64,000 bases of DNA from Parcubacteria bacterium C7867-007 (GTDB lineage Bacteria > Patescibacteriota > Minisyncoccia > Phycocordibacterales > Phycocordibacteraceae), in assembly GCA_001189195.1 (NCBI GenBank), contig LFCQ01000006.1:56841-120840 (forward strand), written 5' to 3'. Below the pieces are notes generated by a model. It did not search any database. It worked only from the letters and a program-made list of their open reading frames with translations, and was not told the origin of the DNA. The position numbers and the translations under genes were made by a program. Shown here one piece after another: positions 57,892 to 64,000 of this stretch (position 1 is its first letter; the number at the start of each line of letters is the position of its first letter).

Positions 57892-58452
57892 TTATCCGAC
57901 GAGGAATCCAGCTATAGCACTGATCACGAAGAGAATTGCGATAACAACGGTTGCGTTGAATAGGAACTTCTCCGCGCCACGGCGCTTATAGAATGTCGAT
58001 GCGAAGTTGTCGCCTCCGAATGCACCTCCTAGACCAGCACCGCGCTGTTGAAGCACGATTCCGATGATAAGGAGGAGGGAGAGAACCAGCTCCGCGTATG
58101 GCAATATCGCCTTGAGTGTCTCCATCTCACGAACGCCGGCGCAAATGGCCAGGGCTGCGCCGCTGAGTCCGATGATCAGCAGCGCTTCGTCGCTGAACCC
58201 TGGGACCGTCACCAACGTGATGATGCAGCCGACCATGAGTGTCGACATCAGGCCGGTCAGGATCCCGCTGGTGAGCGACCTTTCCTTCAGGAACATGAAG
58301 GTCGCAAAAGCATAGCTGATCGCACTGACGCACAGTAGCGGTACTGCGATCGTCATGAGGCCTGGAAAGTCCTGACGGTAGAAAATGATGCCGGGTATGA
58401 ACCCGCACAGAGCGAGCACGATACCGATGAAGAAAAAGATTGTGCGGAACAT
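57892..58452 (-). CDS. secG: SecG (57892-58125) preceded in frame by an extra 109-aa multi-TM region
   Basis: LQQRGAGLGGAFGG...RRG.EK.L...T SecG motif from Met110; no stop between the two parts. Confidence 0.8.
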   Translation of the reverse strand: MFRTIFFFIGIVLALCGFIPGIIFYRQDFPGLMTIAVPLLCVSAISYAFATFMFLKERSLTSGILTGLMSTLMVGCIITLVTVPGFSDEALLIIGLSGAALAICAGVREMETLKAILPYAELVLSLLLIIGIVLQQRGAGLGGAFGGDNFASTFYKRRGAEKFLFNATVVIAILFVISAIAGFLVG

Positions 58453-58571
58453 GGCTTAATCTCCCCAAAGCCGTTTAATACTAAATACATTATAACCCAC
58501 AAATAGCATATTAGTCAAATAGTTTGACGCTATTTTTCTATTTCTGGTAAACTAAATGTAATTCCACTACC

Positions 58572-58580
58572 TGTGGATAA
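58572..58580 (-). promoter_or_regulatory. Single DnaA-box consensus upstream of groES
   Basis: TGTGGATAA = reverse complement of TTATCCACA. Confidence 0.4.
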
Positions 58581-58668
58581 CTTTTCGGCAGTGGGGAAGA
58601 CTCACGTCGGAAAAGGCAAGAAACAAATCGTTATAAGCGTTCTTCATTTATCTAAAGAGCGTATTTCT

Positions 58669-58971
58669 ATGGCTACATCAAAGGTCTCTATTTCACCATT
58701 GGCAGATCGTGTCGTGGTTCAACCCTTCCCTAAGGAGGAAATCTCGGCTTCGGGCATTATTATCCCGGACACGGCAAAACAAGATAAGCCAGAACGTGGC
58801 ACGGTAGTAGCCGTTGGTCCCGGCAAGTATGACGGTGATGAATTATCCTCTATGACCGTAAAGGTTGGTGACGTCGTACTGTTCTCTAAGTATGGATACA
58901 CAGACATTAAGATTGATGGAAAGGATTACCTTATCCTTTCTGAATCAGATATCCTCGCAAAAATAGCGTAA
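58669..58971 (+). CDS. groES: Co-chaperonin GroES
   Basis: PL.DRVVV, SGIIIPDTA, VVAVGPG, VKVGD.V.F.KY. Confidence 0.97.
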   Translation: MATSKVSISPLADRVVVQPFPKEEISASGIIIPDTAKQDKPERGTVVAVGPGKYDGDELSSMTVKVGDVVLFSKYGYTDIKIDGKDYLILSESDILAKIA

Positions 58972-60654
<1,683 letters not shown>

Positions 60655-60727
60655 ACAGTTTCACTTCCCTACTACGCAAGATATAAAATGAGGCCCCGTC
60701 GATCTTCCAGATCGGCGGGGTTTCTCG

Positions 60728-60931
60728 TTAATGGTCACAGGGCTGATGTTCGTTCGGGTCAATCACGGTGCACCCAAAGCCTGACGCGCGCGCTACTGAG
60801 CCAAGCTTTACCTGGGGTTGTGCATCCCGTGTTTCTCGACGCACATGCAGCACGTATGCCACGCTGCAGGCACCAAAGGGTAGGGATACGAGAAATGCGT
60901 CCAGAAGCGTTCTCGCTACGATTTCAAGCAT
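60728..60931 (-). CDS. Possible small hypothetical protein
   Basis: AAGGAG SD upstream; N-terminal hydrophobic stretch; converges on the groEL terminator. Confidence 0.4.
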   Translation of the reverse strand: MLEIVARTLLDAFLVSLPFGACSVAYVLHVRRETRDAQPQVKLGSVARASGFGCTVIDPNEHQPCDH

Positions 60932-61037
60932 GGGAATGCTCCTTTATTCCTCTTGCACAGTACGCATGAATACATGCTTTTGCAACTATTGAGTGCTTTT
61001 GGCAATGCAGTATACTTAGTACATAACCGCAACCTTT

Positions 61038-61598
61038 ATGATGACTCTCTACATTGTGCTCGGCATTCTTGCACTCGTTGTTCTTTGGGTGGTATTTGCA
61101 TTCAACGGCTTTGTATCTCGTGTTAACCGTACCAAGGAAGCCTGGGCAGATATTGATGTTCAGCTCAAGCGTCGCTATGACCTTATCCCTAACCTCGTTG
61201 AAACGGTTAAGGGATATGCAACCCATGAAGCAGCAGCATTTGAAAACGTAACCAAGGCACGTGCAGCAGCTATGGGTGCAACAGATCCTTCTGCAAAGGC
61301 AGAGGCTGAAAACATGCTCTCAAGCACTCTTAAGAGTCTCTTTGCAGTGTCTGAAGCGTATCCAGACCTTAAAGCGAATGAGAACTTCGTTCAGCTTCAG
61401 AAGGAGCTTGCTGATACTGAAGACAAGATTCAGGCAGCACGCCGTTTCTACAACAGCAACGTGCAGGAACTCAACACCGCTGTTGAATCCTTCCCAGGAA
61501 ACGTTATTGCGTCTTCATTTAACTTTAAGAAGATGGATCTCTTCCAGCTCACTGACGCAGATGCTGCAGCACGTGAACCCGTAAAGGTGGGATTCTAG
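61038..61598 (+). CDS. lemA: LemA-family protein
   Basis: AW.DIDVQLKRR.DLIPNLVETVKGYA.HE, E.YP.LKA. Confidence 0.96.
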   Translation: MMTLYIVLGILALVVLWVVFAFNGFVSRVNRTKEAWADIDVQLKRRYDLIPNLVETVKGYATHEAAAFENVTKARAAAMGATDPSAKAEAENMLSSTLKSLFAVSEAYPDLKANENFVQLQKELADTEDKIQAARRFYNSNVQELNTAVESFPGNVIASSFNFKKMDLFQLTDADAAAREPVKVGF

Positions 61599-61633
61599 TG
61601 TATTTATAGGGTTTTCTAAGGCCCAATCTCTGT

Positions 61634-62533
61634 ATGGCAACGCTCTATCAAGAACGATCGAATAATGTGTGGCGAACGGTATTACTCATGTCGTTCTTCT
61701 TGGTGCTTGTTATCGCTATTGGATACGCTTTTAGCTGGTATTACGGCGCACCAGAGATTCTGTATGTGGCTGTTGGATTTGCTCTCATCATGAATTTCTG
61801 GAGCTACTGGTTCTCTGATAAGACCGTACTTGCCCTTACCGGTGCTCGCCCTGCAACCCGTGAAGAGTTCTTTGACCTCTACACCGTTACGGAAAACCTC
61901 ACCATCACTGCTGGGCTTCCTATGCCAAAGCTCTATGTACTTGATGATCCTGCACCGAATGCCTTTGCCACAGGACGTGATGAAAAGCATGCGGTAGTGT
62001 GTGCAACCACAGGACTTCTCTCAATGATGACTCGTTCTGAGCTAGAGGGAGTGATTGGACATGAACTGTCGCATATTAAGAATCGAGACATACTTATTAT
62101 GACGGTGGCAGTGGTGCTTGCTGGATTCCTTGCGATTGTCTCAGACATGTTTGTTCGCATGTCTCTTTTTGGAGGTGGTAATAGCGACAACGGTCGTGCA
62201 AACATCCTCTTTATGGTGCTTGGATTGGTTGCAATTATACTTGCACCAATTGCGGCACAACTCATTCAGATGGCTATCTCACGTCGTCGTGAATACCTTG
62301 CAGATGCCTCTGGTGCGCTCCTCACCCGATACCCTGAAGGATTAGCTTCAGCGCTTCAGAAGATTGGTAGCTATGGCCAGCCTATGCAGCATGCGTCACA
62401 CGCAACTGCCCATCTATTTATTGGAGATCCGTTTGGTGAGAAGGAGGGTAAGACAGGACAGTGGATCAACGGTCTCTTTGCAACACATCCACCGGTTGAG
62501 GAGCGTATCAAAAGACTGCTCGGTCAGAGCTAG
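61634..62533 (+). CDS. htpX: Zinc metalloprotease HtpX (M48)
   Basis: PNAFATGR, HELSH, SRRREY.AD, THPP..ERI. Confidence 0.95.
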   Translation: MATLYQERSNNVWRTVLLMSFFLVLVIAIGYAFSWYYGAPEILYVAVGFALIMNFWSYWFSDKTVLALTGARPATREEFFDLYTVTENLTITAGLPMPKLYVLDDPAPNAFATGRDEKHAVVCATTGLLSMMTRSELEGVIGHELSHIKNRDILIMTVAVVLAGFLAIVSDMFVRMSLFGGGNSDNGRANILFMVLGLVAIILAPIAAQLIQMAISRRREYLADASGALLTRYPEGLASALQKIGSYGQPMQHASHATAHLFIGDPFGEKEGKTGQWINGLFATHPPVEERIKRLLGQS

Positions 62534-62557
62534 GAACCGTGCTATAACAGTGCAATT

Positions 62558-62644
62558 GGAGGCGTCGCATAGCGGTCTAGTGCACCACCTTGGAAAGGTG
62601 GCAGGCTCGAAAGGGTCTCGAGAGTTCGAATCTCTCCGCCTCCG
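62558..62644 (+). tRNA. tRNA-Ser(GGA)
   Basis: GGAGGCG/CGCCTCC-G; CCACC-TTGGAAA-GGTGG; long variable arm. Confidence 0.95.
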
Positions 62645-62653
62645 CTACGTTGT

Positions 62654-63037
62654 TTAAGAAATAACAGTGCTTGCGCCCTTAACCACACGTTGCTTGCTGT
62701 TTACCTCAAGGATACACGCAACCTCACCGTCTGAGAGAGTTACGTTTGTAGATCCAGGACCATCGATTGTTACCGTACCTCCGCTATCATTTACCACTTC
62801 GCATTCAAACCCGTTTGCGAGCGTTCCTAGAGCAGGAACGGTAATAGTGATTGCAGCAGTTGCAACAATACGCTGGCTGTTGTTTGCAGCAGTTAGGGTG
62901 TATCCAGTACCTTTGGTTGATTCAACAAGTTTGCCACCAACATTATTTCCGTCAGCATCGTGTCCAACAAGCAAATAAGTATTAAGGGTGTCTCCCCAGG
63001 TTCCTGAGTCTGCGCCCGGTGTTGGTAGGTTTGCCAT
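62654..63037 (-). CDS. Hypothetical beta-rich protein
   Basis: LPTPG.D.GTWG..LN.YL...H..DG N-motif; T.TVP...GF...V.N resembles tail-fibre/adhesin domains. Confidence 0.7.
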   Translation of the reverse strand: MANLPTPGADSGTWGDTLNTYLLVGHDADGNNVGGKLVESTKGTGYTLTAANNSQRIVATAAITITVPALGTLANGFECEVVNDSGGTVTIDGPGSTNVTLSDGEVACILEVNSKQRVVKGASTVIS

Positions 63038-63116
63038 ACATCAGCAGTATAGCAAAGATATTTCACACGCACTCCTGATTATTGTAGATGTAGTAGATAT
63101 GGTCTAAAATTACCCA

Positions 63117-63296
63117 ATGAACTTCTTCGGCCTAGGTATCCCCGAGATACTGCTCATCCTCTTTATTCTCCTATTATTCTTCGGTAAGGATAAGCTACCT
63201 GAACTCGCAAAGAGTATCGGGCACTCATTCAAGGAGCTTCGTGAAGGATTTGAGGGTGGCACAAAGGGCGAACAGAATGGAACCAAGAAAAAGTGA
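63117..63296 (+). CDS. tatA: Twin-arginine translocase TatA
   Basis: G.PE.LLIL...LL.FG..KLPELAKSIG...KE.R, read by hand. Confidence 0.92.
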   Translation: MNFFGLGIPEILLILFILLLFFGKDKLPELAKSIGHSFKELREGFEGGTKGEQNGTKKK

Positions 63297-64000
63297 TGAA
63301 GAGCTGAGTCTCTGGCAACATCTTGCAGAGCTCAGGAATTACTTCTTCATATCCCTTACCGCACTGATTATTGGTGCAGTAGTCACTCATAACTTCAATA
63401 AAGAGATAATTGAGCTTTTGTTTGCGCCCCTGGGCACACAATCTCTGGTATTCCTCTCCCCACTGGACCCACTTCTCTTTATATTTAAAGTCGACTTCTT
63501 CGGCGGCTTTCTGCTATCCCTCCCCGTTATAGCGTTCTGCGCATTCAGGTTCATTGCTCCTGCGCTTGGAAAGCGTAGTAATTGGCACGTAATAGCATTT
63601 TTGATGATCTGTACCGTGCTGGTACTAGTGGCGAGTATATACACCTACCTACTCCTTTTGCCCCTTAGTATTGGATTTCTGCTCTCAATTCAAGTACCTG
63701 GTGTAGAGAATTTCTTTACCGCAGACCGTTATATGGACTTTGCTCTCATGCAATTGACCATAATGATCGGTATATTCCAGATCCCCTGCATTATTGCTGC
63801 TCTAGCGTATACTCGCGTACTTGATCCTGGTGTCATTGCCCGACGGCGTGGTCTGGCCTATCTCGTGGCCATCATTGCACTCTCCATACTTACTCCAACC
63901 AGTGATCTCTATACGCTAGGACTCTTTCTAGTACCAACACTTCTCCTCTTCGAGATTAGTCTCATCATTGGAAGGGCGGTATACTCAATACGAACTAGTG
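63277..64000 (+). CDS. tatC: Twin-arginine translocase TatC (runs off the window)
   Basis: L..HL.ELR N-motif, F..P.L, FQ.P, TP..D, L.EI; overlaps the tatA stop. Confidence 0.88.
   Translation, partial: MEPRKSDEELSLWQHLAELRNYFFISLTALIIGAVVTHNFNKEIIELLFAPLGTQSLVFLSPLDPLLFIFKVDFFGGFLLSLPVIAFCAFRFIAPALGKRSNWHVIAFLMICTVLVLVASIYTYLLLLPLSIGFLLSIQVPGVENFFTADRYMDFALMQLTIMIGIFQIPCIIAALAYTRVLDPGVIARRRGLAYLVAIIALSILTPTSDLYTLGLFLVPTLLLFEISLIIGRAVYSIRTS

Noticed and set aside
58500-58668. CIRCE element or replication origin upstream of groES
   Set aside because: No TTAGCACTC-N9-GAGTGCTAA; only one perfect DnaA box and no cluster.
62654-63037. Prophage at tRNA-Ser suggested by a tail-fibre-like ORF
   Set aside because: A single gene; no integrase, att duplication or other phage genes in view.

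Overview
Bacterial chromosome segment (about 48% GC by eye, standard code 11) whose gene set and compact, mostly leaderless gene starts fit a Patescibacteria/CPR (Parcubacteria-like) genome; the taxon is inferred, not proven. Core genes include prfB, ftsEX, pyrG, uppP, radC, lexA plus a Y-family polymerase, an RND/MFP pair, mltG, typA, a DEAD helicase, msrA/B, bcp, nth, mutY, rnj, secG, groES/EL, lemA, htpX, tatA/C and four tRNAs (Thr-GGT, Thr-CGT, Gln-CTG, Ser-GGA). Three things stand out. (1) Two 69-nt tRNA-like RNAs 40 kb apart share an acceptor stem and T-arm but have different 37-nt interiors, and each interior is complementary to its own neighbouring, separately promoted, leaderless 6-codon minigene RNA: a candidate all-RNA regulatory or toxin-antitoxin system. 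(2) An integron-like array of single-gene cassettes lies downstream of tRNA-Gln, separated by ~28-bp direct repeats related to the tRNA 3' end. (3) Alphaproteobacterial-type regulators (a Caulobacter-like GcrA and two XRE proteins) sit as self-contained units among the core genes. A ~198-nt structured ncRNA (6S-like), an extended SecG and a nonsense-interrupted HAD gene are also present.
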